The notes under the pieces were generated by a model. That model was given only the letters and a program-made list of their open reading frames with translations, made no database searches and was not told the DNA's origin. From positions 20,956,001 through 21,020,000 of the forward strand of contig OZ059899.1 in assembly GCA_964057225.1 (NCBI GenBank): a DNA stretch of 64,000 nucleotides. Direction: 5' to 3'. Position 1 is the first letter of the stretch. Each line of letters starts with the position of its first letter. Source of the DNA: Auanema rhodensis (taxonomy: Eukaryota > Animalia > Nematoda). Made by a program: the position numbers and the translations under genes. Below, in pieces: positions 12,401-27,377 of the stretch.

Positions 12401-13540
12401 TGTCAAAATGTTTTTGGAAGCAATGTTGAGTGTACATGGAAACTCAACATACACTAATGCATCATTTTTCAAACGATCATAACTAATTTTTGTATTAACC
12501 GTTTCTCAATGTTGTATAGTGCATTCAATGCGGATTTTTAAGCTGCGTCGATCTGTGTTATCAGATTTGCGCTAGCTTAAAAATGCACCGAGATATCAAC
12601 TTATATAAGTTCACACATATATCCTCGATTTTCACCCTGAAGAATTAATTTTTTCGTTGAATAACGTTGTCCATCGTCTTTGCCTTGAAAAAAGGAATCT
12701 AAAAACATCTAATTTTTGCTAAATTATTTTGAAATTTTTCGAAAAAATTTTTGTCAAAATGTTTTTGGAAGCAATGTTGAGTGTACATGGAAACTCAACA
12801 TACACTAATGCATCATTTTTCAAACGATCATAACTAATTTTTGTATTAACCGTTTCTCAATGTAGTATAGTGCATTCGATGCGGATTTTTAAGCTGCGTC
12901 GATCTGTGTTATCAGATTTGCGCTAGCTTAAAAATGCACCGAGATATCAACTGATATAAGTTCACACATATATCCTCGATTTTCACCCTGAAGAATTAAT
13001 TTTTTCGTTGAATAACATTGTTCATCGTCTTTGCCTTAAAAAAAGGAATCTAAGAACATCTACGTTTCGCTAAATTATTTTGAAATTTTTCGAAAAAATT
13101 TTTGTCAAAATGTTTTTGGAAGCAATGTTGAGTGTACATGGAAACTCAACATACACTAATGCATCATTTTTCAAACGATCATAACTAATTATTGTATCAA
13201 GCGTTTCTCAATGTAATATAGTGCATTCGATGCGGATTTTTAAGTTGCGTCGATCTGTGTTATCAGATTTGCGCTAGCTTAAAAATGCACCGAGATATCA
13301 ACTGATATAAGTTCACACTTATATCCTCGATTTTCACCCTGAAGAATTAATTTTTTCGTTGATTAACATTGTCCATCGTCTTTGCCTTGAAAAAAGGAAT
13401 CTAAAAACATCTACTTTTTGCTAAATTATTTTGAAATTTTTCGAAAAAATTTTTGTCAAAATGTTTTTGGAAGCAATGTTGAGTGTACATGGAAACTCAA
13501 CATACACTAATGCATCATTTTTCAAACGATCATAACTAAT
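9479..13540. repeat. Tandem duplication of a 6-monomer unit (2105 bp x2)
   Basis: The caaag allele, the -G deletion (~9946/12051), tgttg/caatgc and the downstream monomer types recur 2105 bp apart (6x351 minus 1). Confidence 0.88.
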
Positions 13541-15794
13541 TTTTGTATTGAGTGTTTCTTATTGTAGTATAGTGCATTCGATGCGAATTTTTAAGCTGCG
13601 TCGATCTGTGTTATCAGATTTGCGCTAGCTTAAAAATGCACCGAGATATCAACTGATATAAGTTCACACATATATCCTCGATTTTCACCCTGAAGAATTA
13701 ATTTTTTCGTTGAATAACATTGTTCATCGTCTTTGCCTTAAAAAAAGGAATCTAAGAACATCTACGTTTCGCTAAATTATTTTGAAATTTTTCGAAAAAA
13801 TTTTTGTCAAAATGTTTTTGGAAGCAATGTTGAGTGTACATGGAAACTCAACATACACTAATGCATCATTTTTCAAACGATCATAACTAATTATTGTATC
13901 AAGCGTTTCTCAATGTAATATAGTGCATTCGATGCGGATTTTTAAGTTGCGTCGATCTGTGTTATCAGATTCGCGCTAGCTTAAAAATGCACCTAGATAT
14001 CAACTGATATAAGTTCACACTTATATCCTCGATTTTCACCCTGAAGAATTAATTTTTTCGTTGATTAACATTGTCCATCGTCTTTGCCTTGAAAAAAGGA
14101 ATCTAAAAACATCTACTTTTTGCTAAATTATTTTGAAATTTTTCGAAAAAATTTTTGTCAAAATGTTTTTGGAAGCAATGTTGAGTGTACATGGAAACTC
14201 AACATACACTAATGCATCATTTTTCAAACGATCATAACTAATTTTTGTATTGAGTGTTTCTTATTGTAGTATAGTGCATTCGATGCGGATTTTTAAGCTG
14301 CGTCGATCTGTGTTATCAGATTTGCGCTAGCTTAAAAATGCACCGAGATATCAACTGATATAAGTTCACACTTATATCCTCGATTTTCACCCTGAAGAAT
14401 TAATTTTTTCGTTGAATAACATTGTCCATCGTCTTTGCCTTGAAAAAAGGAATCTAAAAACATCTAATTTTTGCTAAATTATTTTGAAATTTTTCGAAAA
14501 AATTTTTGTCAAAATGTTTTTGGAAGCAATGTTGAGTGTACATGGAAACTCAACATACACTAAGGCATCATTTTTCAAACGATCATAACTAATTTTTGTA
14601 TTGAGCGTTTCTCAATGTAGTATAGTGCATTCGATGCGGATTTTCAAGCTGCGTCGATCTGTGTTATCAGATTTGCGCTAGCTTAAAAATGCACCGAGAT
14701 ATCAACTGATATAAGTTCACACTTATATCCTCGATTTTCACCCTGGAGAATTAATTTTTTCGTTGAATAACATTGTTCATCGTCTTTGCCTTGAAAAAAG
14801 AAATCTAAAAACATCTACTTTTTGCTAAATTATTTTGAAATTTTTCGAAAAAATTTTTGTCAAAATGTTTTTGGAAGCAATGTTGAGTGTACATGGAAAC
14901 TCAACATACACTAATGCATCATTTTTCAAACGATCATAACTAATTTTTGTATTAAGCGTTTCTCAATGTAGTATAGTGCATTCGATGCGGATTTTCAAGC
15001 TGCGTCGATCTGTGTTATCAGATTTGCGCTAGCTTAAAAATGCACCGAGATATCAACTGATATAAGTTCACACTTATATCCTCGAATTTCACCCTGGAGA
15101 ATTAATTTTTTCGTTGAATAACATTGTTCATCGTCTTTGCCTTGAAAAAAGAAATCTAAAAACATCTACTTTTTGCTAAACTATTTTGAAATTTTTCGAA
15201 AAAATTTTTGTCAAAATGTTTTTGGAAGCAATGTTGAGTGTACATGGAAACTCAACATACACTAATGCATCATTTTTCAAACGATCATAACTAATTTTTG
15301 TATTAAGCGTTTCTCAATGTAGTATAGTGCATTCGATGCGGATTTTCAAGCTGCGTCGATCTGTGTTATCAGATTTGCGCTAGCTTAAAAATGCACCGAG
15401 ATATCAACTGATATAAGTTCACACTTATATCCTCGAATTTCACCCTGGAGAATTAATTTTTTCGTTGAATAACATTGTTCATCGTCTTTGCCTTGAAAAA
15501 AGAAATCTAAAAACATCTACTTTTTGCTAAACTATTTTGAAATTTTTCGAAAAAATTTTTGTCAAAATGTTTTTGGAAGCAATGTTGAGTGTACATGGAA
15601 ACTCAACATACACTAATGCATCATTTTTCAAACGATCATAACTAATTTTTGTATTAAGCGTTTCTCAATGTAGTATAGTGCATTCGATGCGGATTTTTAA
15701 GCCGCGTCGATCTGTGTTATCAGATTTGCGCTAGCTTAAAAATGCACCGAGATATCAACTGATATAAGTTCACACTTATATCCTCGATTTTCAC

Positions 15795-18700
15795 CCTGAA
15801 GAATTAATTTTTTCGTTGAATAACATTGTCCATCGTCTTTGCCTTGAAAAAAGAAATCTAAAAACATCTACTTTTTGCTAAATTATTTTGAAATTTTTCG
15901 AAAAAATTTTTGTCAAAATGTTTTTGGAAGCAATGTTGAGTGTACATGGAAACTCAACATACACTAATGCATCATTTTTCAAACGATCATAACTAATTTT
16001 TGTATTAACCGTTTCTCAATGTAGTATAGTGCATTCGATGCGGATTTTTAAGCTGCGTCGATCTGTGTTATCAGATTTGCGCTAGCTTAAAAATGCACCT
16101 AGATATCAACTGATATAAGTTCACACTTATATCCTCGATTTTCACCCTGAAGAATTAATTTTTTCGTTGATTAACATTGTCCATCGTCTTTGCCTCGAAA
16201 AAAGGAATCTAAAAACATCTACGTTTCGCTAAATTATTTTGAAATTTTTCGAAAAAATTTTTGTCAAAATGTTTTTGGAAGCAATGTTGAGTGTACATGG
16301 AAACTCAACATACACTAATGCATCATTTTTCAAACGATCATAACTAATTATTGTATCAGGCGTTTCTCAATGTAATATAGTGCATTCGATGCGGATTTTT
16401 AAGTTGCGTCGATCTGTGTTATCAGATTTGCGCTAGCTTAAAAATGCACCTAGATATCAACTGATATAAGTTCACACTTATATCCTCGATTTTCACCCTG
16501 AAGAATTAATTTTTTCGTTGATTAACATTGTCCATCGTCTTTGCCTTGAAAAAAGGAATCTAAAAACATCTACTTTTTGCTAAATTATTTTGAAATTTTT
16601 CGAAAAAATTTTTGTCAAAATGTTTTTGGAAGCAATGTTGAGTGTACATGGAAACTCAACATACACTAATGCATCATTTTTCAAACGATCATAACTAATT
16701 TTTGTATTAACCGTTTCTCAATGTAGTATAGTGCATTCGATGCGGATTTTTAAGCTGCGTCGATCTGTGTTATCAGATTTGCGCTAGCTTAAAAATGCAC
16801 CGAGATATCAACTGATATAAGTTCACACATATATCCTCGATTTTCACCCTGAAGAATTAATTTTTTCGTTGAATAACATTGTTCATCGTCTTTGCCTTAA
16901 AAAAAGAAATCTAAGAACATCTACGTTTCGCTAAATTATTTTGAAATTTTTCGAAAAAATTTTTGTCAAAATGTTTTTGGAAGCAATGTTGAGTGTACAT
17001 GGAAATTCAACATACACTAATGCATCATTTTTCAAACGATCATAACTAATTTTTGTATTGAGCGTTTCTCATTGTAGTATAGTGCATTCGATGCGGATTT
17101 TTAAGCTGCGTCGATCTGTGTTATCAGATTTGCGCTAGCTTAAAAATGCACCGAGATATCAACTGATATAAGTTCACACATATATCCTCGATTTTCACCC
17201 TGAAGAATTAATTTTTTCGTTGAATAACGTTGTCCATCGTCTTTGCCTTGAAAAAAGGAATCTAAAAACATCTAATTTTTGCTAAATTATTTTGAAATTT
17301 TTCGAAAAAATTTTTGTCAAAATGTTTTTGGAAGCAATGTTGAGTGTACATGGAAACTCAACATACACTAATGCATCATTTTTCAAACGATCATAACTAA
17401 TTTTTGTATTAACCGTTTCTCAATGTAGTATAGTGCATTCGATGCGGATTTTTAAGCTGCGTCGATCGGTGTTATCAGATTTGCGCTAGCTTGAAAATGC
17501 ACCGAGATATCAACTTATATAAGTTCACACATATATCCTCGATTTTCACCCTGAAGAATTAATTTTTTCGTTGAATAACGTTGTCCATCGTCTTTGCCTT
17601 GAAAAAAGGAATCTAAAAACATCTAATTTTTGCTAAATTATTTTGAAATTTTTCGAAAAAATTTTTGTCAAAATGTTTTTGGAAGCAATGTTGAGTGTAC
17701 ATGGAAACTCAACATACACTAATGCATCATTTTTCAAACAATCATAACTAATTTTTGTATTAAGCGTTTCTCAAAGTAGTATAGTGCATTCGATGCGGAT
17801 TTTTAAGCTGCGTCGATCTGTGTTATCAGATTTGCGCTAGCTTAAAAATGCACCGAGATATCAACTGATATAAGTTCACACATATATCCTCGATTTTCAC
17901 CCTGAAGAATTAATTTTTTCGTTGAATAACATTGTTCATCGTCTTTGCCTTAAAAAAAGGAATCTAAGAACATCTACGTTTCGCTAAATTATTTTGAAAT
18001 TTTTCGAAAAAATTTTTGTCAAAATGTTTTTGGAAGCAATGTTGAGTGTACATGGAAACTCAACATACACTAATGCATCATTTTTCAAACGATCATAACT
18101 AATTATTGTATCAAGCGTTTCTCAATGTAATATAGTGCATTCGATGCGGATTTTTAAGTTGCGTCGATCTGTGTTATCAGATTTGCGCTAGCTTAAAAAT
18201 GCACCTAGATATCAACTGATATAAGTTCACACTTATATCCTCGATTTTCACCCTGAAGAATTAATTTTTTCGTTGATTAACATTGTCCATCGTCTTTGCC
18301 TTGAAAAAAGGAATCTAAAAACATCTACTTTTTGCTAAATTATTTTGAAATTTTTCGAAAAAATTTTTGTCAAAATGTTTTTGGAAGCAATGTTGAGTGT
18401 ACATGGAAACTCAACATACACTAATGCATCATTTTTCAAACGATCATAACTAATTATTGTATCAAGCGTTTCTCAATGTAATATAGTGCATTCGATGCGG
18501 ATTTTTAAGTTGCGTCGATCTGTGTTATCAGATTTGCGCTAGCTTAAAAATGCACCTAGATATCAACTGATATAAGTTCACACTTATATCCTCGATTTTC
18601 ACCCTGAAGAATTAATTTTTTCGTTGATTAACATTGTCCATCGTCTTTGCCTTGAAAAAAGGAATCTAAAAACATCTACTTTTTGCTAAATTATTTTGAA

Positions 18701-21700
18701 ATTTTTCGAAAAAATTTTTGTCAAAATGTTTTTGGAAGCAATGTTGAGTGTACATGGAAACTCAACATACACTAATGCATCATTTTTCAAACGATCATAA
18801 CTAATTTTTGTATTGAGTGTTTCTTATTGTAGTATAGTGCATTCGATGCGGATTTTTAAGCTGCGTCGATCTGTGTTATCAGATTTGCGCTAGCTTAAAA
18901 ATGCACCGAGATATCAACTGATATAAGTTCACACATATATCCTCGATTTTCACCCTGAAGAATTAATTTTTTCGTTGAATAACATTGTCCATCGTCTTTG
19001 CCTTGAAAAAAGGAATCTAAAAACATCTACTTTTTGCTAAATTATTTTGAAATTTTTCGAAAAAATTTTTGTCAAAATGTTTTTGGAAGCAATGTTGAGT
19101 GTACATGGAAACTCAACATACACTAATGCATCATTTTTCAAACGATCATAACTAATTATTGTATCAAGCGTTTCTCAATGTAATATAGTGCATTCGATGC
19201 GGATTTTTAAGTTGCGTCGATCTGTGTTATCAGATTTGCGCTAGCTTAAAAATGCACCTAGATATCAACTGATATAAGTTCACACTTATATCCTCGATTT
19301 TCACCCTGAAGAATTAATTTTTTCGTTGATTAACATTGTCCATCGTCTTTGCCTTGAAAAAAGGAATCTAAAAACATCTACTTTTTGCTAAATTATTTTG
19401 AAATTTTTCGAAAAAATTTTTGTCAAAATGTTTTTGGAAGCAATGTTGAGTGTACATGGAAACTCAACATACACTAATGCATCATTTTTCAAACGATCAT
19501 AACTAATTTTTGTATTGAGTGTTTCTTATTGTAGTATAGTGCATTCGATGCGGATTTTTAAGCTGCGTCGATCTGTGTTATCAGATTTGCGCTAGCTTAA
19601 AAATGCACCGAGATATCAACTGATATAAGTTCACACTTATATCCTCGATTTTCACCCTGAAGAATTAATTTTTTCGTTGAATAACATTGTCCATCGTCTT
19701 TGCCTTGAAAAAAGGAATCTAAAAACATCTAATTTTTGCTAAATTATTTTGAAATTTTTCGAAAAAATTTTTGTCAAAATGTTTTTGGAAGCAATGTTGA
19801 GTGTACATGGAAACTCAACATACACTAAGGCATCATTTTTCAAACGATCATAACTAATTTTTGTATTAACCGTTTCTCAATGTAGTATAGTGCATTCGAT
19901 GCGGATTTTTAAGCTGCGTCGATCTGTGTTATCAGATTTGCGCTAGCTTAAAAATGCACCGAGATATCAACTGATATAAGTTCACACTTATATCCTCGAT
20001 TTTCACCCTGAAGAATTAATTTTTTCGTTGAATAACATTGTCCATCGTCTTTGCCTTGAAAAAAGAAATCTAAAAACATCTACTTTTTGCTAAATTATTT
20101 TGAAATTTTTCGAAAAAATTTTTGTCAAAATGTTTTTGGAAGCAATGTTGAGTGTACATGGAAACTCAACATACACTAATGCATCATTTTTCAAACGATC
20201 ATAACTAATTTTTGTATTAACCGTTTCTCAATGTAGTATAGTGCATTCGATGCGGATTTTTAAGCTGCGTCGATCTGTGTTATCAGATTTGCGCTAGCTT
20301 AAAAATGCACCTAGATATCAACTGATATAAGTTCACACTTATATCCTCGATTTTCACCCTGAAGAATTAATTTTTTCGTTGATTAACATTGTCCATCGTC
20401 TTTGCCTCGAAAAAAGGAATCTAAAAACATCTACGTTTCGCTAAATTATTTTGAAATTTTTCGAAAAAATTTTTGTCAAAATGTTTTTGGAAGCAATGTT
20501 GAGTGTACATGGAAACTCAACATACACTAATGCATCATTTTTCAAACGATCATAACTAATTATTGTATCAGGCGTTTCTCAATGTAATATAGTGCATTCG
20601 ATGCGGATTTTTAAGTTGCGTCGATCTGTGTTATCAGATTTGCGCTAGCTTAAAAATGCACCTAGATATCAACTGATATAAGTTCACACTTATATCCTCG
20701 ATTTTCACCCTGAAGAATTAATTTTTTCGTTGATTAACATTGTCCATCGTCTTTGCCTTGAAAAAAGGAATCTAAAAACATCTACTTTTTGCTAAATTAT
20801 TTTGAAATTTTTCGAAAAAATTTTTGTCAAAATGTTTTTGGAAGCAATGTTGAGTGTACATGGAAACTCAACATACACTAATGCATCATTTTTCAAACGA
20901 TCATAACTAATTTTTGTATTAACCGTTTCTCAATGTAGTATAGTGCATTCGATGCGGATTTTTAAGCTGCGTCGATCTGTGTTATCAGATTTGCGCTAGC
21001 TTAAAAATGCACCGAGATATCAACTGATATAAGTTCACACATATATCCTCGATTTTCACCCTGAAGAATTAATTTTTTCGTTGAATAACATTGTTCATCG
21101 TCTTTGCCTTAAAAAAAGAAATCTAAGAACATCTACGTTTCGCTAAATTATTTTGAAATTTTTCGAAAAAATTTTTGTCAAAATGTTTTTGGAAGCAATG
21201 TTGAGTGTACATGGAAATTCAACATACACTAATGCATCATTTTTCAAACGATCATAACTAATTTTTGTATTGAGCGTTTCTCATTGTAGTATAGTGCATT
21301 CGATGCGGATTTTTAAGCTGCGTCGATCTGTGTTATCAGATTTGCGCTAGCTTAAAAATGCACCGAGATATCAACTGATATAAGTTCACACATATATCCT
21401 CGATTTTCACCCTGAAGAATTAATTTTTTCGTTGAATAACGTTGTCCATCGTCTTTGCCTTGAAAAAAGGAATCTAAAAACATCTAATTTTTGCTAAATT
21501 ATTTTGAAATTTTTCGAAAAAATTTTTGTCAAAATGTTTTTGGAAGCAATGTTGAGTGTACATGGAAACTCAACATACACTAATGCATCATTTTTCAAAC
21601 GATCATAACTAATTTTTGTATTAACCGTTTCTCAATGTAGTATAGTGCATTCGATGCGGATTTTTAAGCTGCGTCGATCGGTGTTATCAGATTTGCGCTA

Positions 21701-24569
21701 GCTTGAAAATGCACCGAGATATCAACTTATATAAGTTCACACATATATCCTCGATTTTCACCCTGAAGAATTAATTTTTTCGTTGAATAACGTTGTCCAT
21801 CGTCTTTGCCTTGAAAAAAGGAATCTAAAAACATCTAATTTTTGCTAAATTATTTTGAAATTTTTCGAAAAAATTTTTGTCAAAATGTTTTTGGAAGCAA
21901 TGTTGAGTGTACATGGAAACTCAACATACACTAATGCATCATTTTTCAAACAATCATAACTAATTTTTGTATTAAGCGTTTCTCAAAGTAGTATAGTGCA
22001 TTCGATGCGGATTTTTAAGCTGCGTCGATCTGTGTTATCAGATTTGCGCTAGCTTAAAAATGCACCGAGATATCAACTGATATAAGTTCACACATATATC
22101 CTCGATTTTCACCCTGAAGAATTAATTTTTTCGTTGAATAACATTGTTCATCGTCTTTGCCTTAAAAAAAGGAATCTAAGAACATCTACGTTTCGCTAAA
22201 TTATTTTGAAATTTTTCGAAAAAATTTTTGTCAAAATGTTTTTGGAAGCAATGTTGAGTGTACATGGAAACTCAACATACACTAATGCATCATTTTTCAA
22301 ACGATCATAACTAATTATTGTATCAAGCGTTTCTCAATGTAATATAGTGCATTCGATGCGGATTTTTAAGTTGCGTCGATCTGTGTTATCAGATTTGCGC
22401 TAGCTTAAAAATGCACCTAGATATCAACTGATATAAGTTCACACTTATATCCTCGATTTTCACCCTGAAGAATTAATTTTTTCGTTGATTAACATTGTCC
22501 ATCGTCTTTGCCTTGAAAAAAGGAATCTAAAAACATCTACTTTTTGCTAAATTATTTTGAAATTTTTCGAAAAAATTTTTGTCAAAATGTTTTTGGAAGC
22601 AATGTTGAGTGTACATGGAAACTCAACATACACTAATGCATCATTTTTCAAACGATCATAACTAATTTTTGTATTGAGTGTTTCTTATTGTAGTATAGTG
22701 CATTCGATGCGGATTTTTAAGCTGCGTCGATCTGTGTTATCAGATTTGCGCTAGCTTAAAAATGCACCGAGATATCAACTGATATAAGTTCACACATATA
22801 TCCTCGATTTTCACCCTGAAGAATTAATTTTTTCGTTGAATAACATTGTCCATCGTCTTTGCCTTGAAAAAAGGAATCTAAAAACATCTACTTTTTGCTA
22901 AATTATTTTGAAATTTTTCGAAAAAATTTTTGTCAAAATGTTTTTGGAAGCAATGTTGAGTGTACATGGAAACTCAACATACACTAATGCATCATTTTTC
23001 AAACGATCATAACTAATTATTGTATCAAGCGTTTCTCAATGTAATATAGTGCATTCGATGCGGATTTTTAAGTTGCGTCGATCTGTGTTATCAGATTTGC
23101 GCTAGCTTAAAAATGCACCTAGATATCAACTGATATAAGTTCACACTTATATCCTCGATTTTCACCCTGAAGAATTAATTTTTTCGTTGATTAACATTGT
23201 CCATCGTCTTTGCCTTGAAAAAAGGAATCTAAAAACATCTACTTTTTGCTAAATTATTTTGAAATTTTTCGAAAAAATTTTTGTCAAAATGTTTTTGGAA
23301 GCAATGTTGAGTGTACATGGAAACTCAACATACACTAATGCATCATTTTTCAAACGATCATAACTAATTTTTGTATTGAGTGTTTCTTATTGTAGTATAG
23401 TGCATTCGATGCGGATTTTTAAGCTGCGTCGATCTGTGTTATCAGATTTGCGCTAGCTTAAAAATGCACCGAGATATCAACTGATATAAGTTCACACATA
23501 TATCCTCGATTTTCACCCTGAAGAATTAATTTTTTCGTTGAATAACATTGTCCATCGTCTTTGCCTTGAAAAAAGGAATCTAAAAACATCTACTTTTTGC
23601 TAAATTATTTTGAAATTTTTCGAAAAAATTTTTGTCAAAATGTTTTTGGAAGCAATGTTGAGTGTACATGGAAACTCAACATACACTAATGCATCATTTT
23701 TCAAACGATCATAACTAATTATTGTATCAAGCGTTTCTCAATGTAATATAGTGCATTCGATGCGGATTTTTAAGTTGCGTCGATCTGTGTTATCAGATTT
23801 GCGCTAGCTTAAAAATGCACCTAGATATCAACTGATATAAGTTCACACTTATATCCTCGATTTTCACCCTGAAGAATTAATTTTTTCGTTGATTAACATT
23901 GTCCATCGTCTTTGCCTTGAAAAAAGGAATCTAAAAACATCTACTTTTTGCTAAATTATTTTGAAATTTTTCGAAAAAATTTTTGTCAAAATGTTTTTGG
24001 AAGCAATGTTGAGTGTACATGGAAACTCAACATACACTAATGCATCATTTTTCAAACGATCATAACTAATTTTTGTATTGAGTGTTTCTTATTGTAGTAT
24101 AGTGCATTCGATGCGGATTTTTAAGCTGCGTCGATCTGTGTTATCAGATTTGCGCTAGCTTAAAAATGCACCGAGATATCAACTGATATAAGTTCACACT
24201 TATATCCTCGATTTTCACCCTGAAGAATTAATTTTTTCGTTGAATAACATTGTCCATCGTCTTTGCCTTGAAAAAAGGAATCTAAAAACATCTAATTTTT
24301 GCTAAATTATTTTGAAATTTTTCGAAAAAATTTTTGTCAAAATGTTTTTGGAAGCAATGTTGAGTGTACATGGAAACTCAACATACACTAAGGCATCATT
24401 TTTCAAACGATCATAACTAATTTTTGTATTGAGCGTTTCTCAATGTAGTATAGTGCATTCGATGCGGATTTTCAAGCTGCGTCGATCTGTGTTATCAGAT
24501 TTGCGCTAGCTTAAAAATGCACCGAGATATCAACTGATATAAGTTCACACTTATATCCTCGATTTTCAC
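15795..24569. repeat. Duplicated ~12-monomer unit (offset 4212 bp) with internal monomer gain/loss
   Basis: 15795-18251 matches 20007-22463. Shared rare alleles are gatcgg (17468/21680), cttgaaaa and aaacaatc (17740/21952). The tails differ in the number of gattaac/ttgagtg dimer units. Confidence 0.88.
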
Positions 24570-25271
24570 CCTGGAGAATTAATTTTTTCGTTGAATAACA
24601 TTGTTCATCGTCTTTGCCTTGAAAAAAGAAATCTAAAAACATCTACTTTTTGCTAAATTATTTTGAAATTTTTCGAAAAAATTTTTGTCAAAATGTTTTT
24701 GGAAGCAATGTTGAGTGTACATGGAAACTCAACATACACTAATGCATCATTTTTCAAACGATCATAACTAATTTTTGTATTAAGCGTTTCTCAATGTAGT
24801 ATAGTGCATTCGATGCGGATTTTCAAGCTGCGTCGATCTGTGTTATCAGATTTGCGCTAGCTTAAAAATGCACCGAGATATCAACTGATATAAGTTCACA
24901 CTTATATCCTCGATTTTCACCCTGGAGAATTAATTTTTTCGTTGAATAACATTGTTCATCGTCTTTGCCTTGAAAAAAAAAATCTAAAAACATCTACTTT
25001 TTGCTAAACTATTTTGAAATTTTTCGAAAAAATTTTTGTCAAAATGTTTTTGGAAGCAATGTTGAGTGTACATGGAAACTCAACATACACTAATGCATCA
25101 TTTTTCAAACGATCATAACTAATTTTTGTATTAAGCGTTTCTCAATGTAGTATAGTGCATTCGATGCGGATTTTTAAGCCGCGTCGATCTGTGTTATCAG
25201 ATTTGCGCTAGCTTAAAAATGCACCGAGATATCAACTGATATAAGTTCACACTTATATCCTCGATTTTCAC

Positions 25272-27377
25272 CCTGAAGAATTAATTTTTTCGTTGAATAA
25301 CATTGTCCATCGTCTTTGCCTTGAAAAAAGAAATCTAAAAACATCTACTTTTTGCTAAATTATTTTGAAATTGTTCGAAAAAATTTTTGTCAAAATGTTT
25401 TTGGAAGCAATGTTGAGTGTACATGGAAACTCAACATACACTAATGCATCATTTTTCAAACGATCATAACTAATTTTTGTATTAAGCGTTTCTCGATGTA
25501 GTATAGTGCATTCGATGCGGATTTTTAAGCTGCGTCGATCTGTGTTATCAGATTTGCGCTAGCTTAAAAATGCACCGAGATATCAACTGATATAAGTTCA
25601 CACTTATATCCTCGATTTTCACCCTGAAGAATTAATTTTTTCGTTGAATAACATTGTCCATCGTCTTTGCCTTGAAAGAAGAAATCTAAAAACATCTACT
25701 TTTTGCTAAATTATTTTGAAATTTTTCGAAAAAATTTTTGTCAAAATGTTTTTGGAAGCAATGTTGAGTGTACATGGAAACTCAACATACACTAATGCAT
25801 CATTTTTCAAACGATCATAACTAATTTTTGTATTAACCGTTTCTCAATGTAGTATAGTGCATTCGATGCGGATTTTTAAGCTGCGTCGATCTGTGTTATC
25901 AGATTTGCGCTAGCTTAAAAATGCACCTAGATATCAACTGATATAAGTTCACACTTATATCCTCGATTTTCACCCTGAAGAATTAATTTTTTCGTTGATT
26001 AACATTGTCCATCGTCTTTGCCTCGAAAAAAGGAATCTAAAAACATCTACGTTTCGCTAAATTATTTTGAAATTTTTCGAAAAAATTTTTGTCAAAATGT
26101 TTTTGGAAGCAATGTTGAGTGTACATGGAAACTCAACATACACTAATGCATCATTTTTCAAATGATCATAACTAATTATTGTATCAAGCGTTTCTCAATG
26201 TAGTATAGTGCATTCGATGCGGATTTTTAAGCCGCGTCGATCTGTGTTATCAGATTTGCGCTAGCTTAAAAATGCACCGAGATATCAACTGATATAAGTT
26301 CACACTTATATCCTCGATTTTCACCCTGAAGAATTAATTTTTTCGTTGAATAACATTGTCCATCGTCTTTGCCTTGAAAAAAGAAATCTAAAAACATCTA
26401 CTTTTTGCTAAATTATTTTGAAATTGTTCGAAAAAATTTTTGTCAAAATGTTTTTGGAAGCAATGTTGAGTGTACATGGAAACTCAACATACACTAATGC
26501 ATCATTTTTCAAACGATCATAACTAATTTTTGTATTAAGCGTTTCTCGATGTAGTATAGTGCATTCGATGCGGATTTTTAAGCTGCGTCGATCTGTGTTA
26601 TCAGATTTGCGCTAGCTTAAAAATGCACCGAGATATCAACTGATATAAGTTCACACTTATATCCTCGATTTTCACCCTGAAGAATTAATTTTTTCGTTGA
26701 ATAACATTGTCCATCGTCTTTGCCTTGAAAGAAGAAATCTAAAAACATCTACTTTTTGCTAAATTATTTTGAAATTTTTCGAAAAAATTTTTGTCAAAAT
26801 GTTTTTGGAAGCAATGTTGAGTGTACATGGAAACTCAACATACACTAATGCATCATTTTTCAAACGATCATAACTAATTTTTGTATTAACCGTTTCTCAA
26901 TGTAGTATAGTGCATTCGATGCGGATTTTTAAGCTGCGTCGATCTGTGTTATCAGATTTGCGCTAGCTTAAAAATGCACCTAGATATCAACTGATATAAG
27001 TTCACACTTATATCCTCGATTTTCACCCTGAAGAATTAATTTTTTCGTTGATTAACATTGTCCATCGTCTTTGCCTCGAAAAAAGGAATCTAAAAACATC
27101 TACGTTTCGCTAAATTATTTTGAAATTTTTCGAAAAAATTTTTGTCAAAATGTTTTTGGAAGCAATGTTGAGTGTACATGGAAACTCAACATACACTAAT
27201 GCATCATTTTTCAAATGATCATAACTAATTATTGTATCAAGCGTTTCTCAATGTAATATAGTGCATTCGATGCGGATTTTTAAGTTGCGTCGATCTGTGT
27301 TATCAGATTTGCGCTAGCTTAAAAATGCACCTAGATATCAACTGATTTAAGTTCACACTTATATCCTCGATTTTCAC
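25272..27377. repeat. Tandem duplication of a 3-monomer unit (1053 bp x2)
   Basis: The alleles ctcgatg, ttgttcg and gaaagaag recur 1053 bp apart (monomers at 25272/26325 and 25623/26676). Confidence 0.9.
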
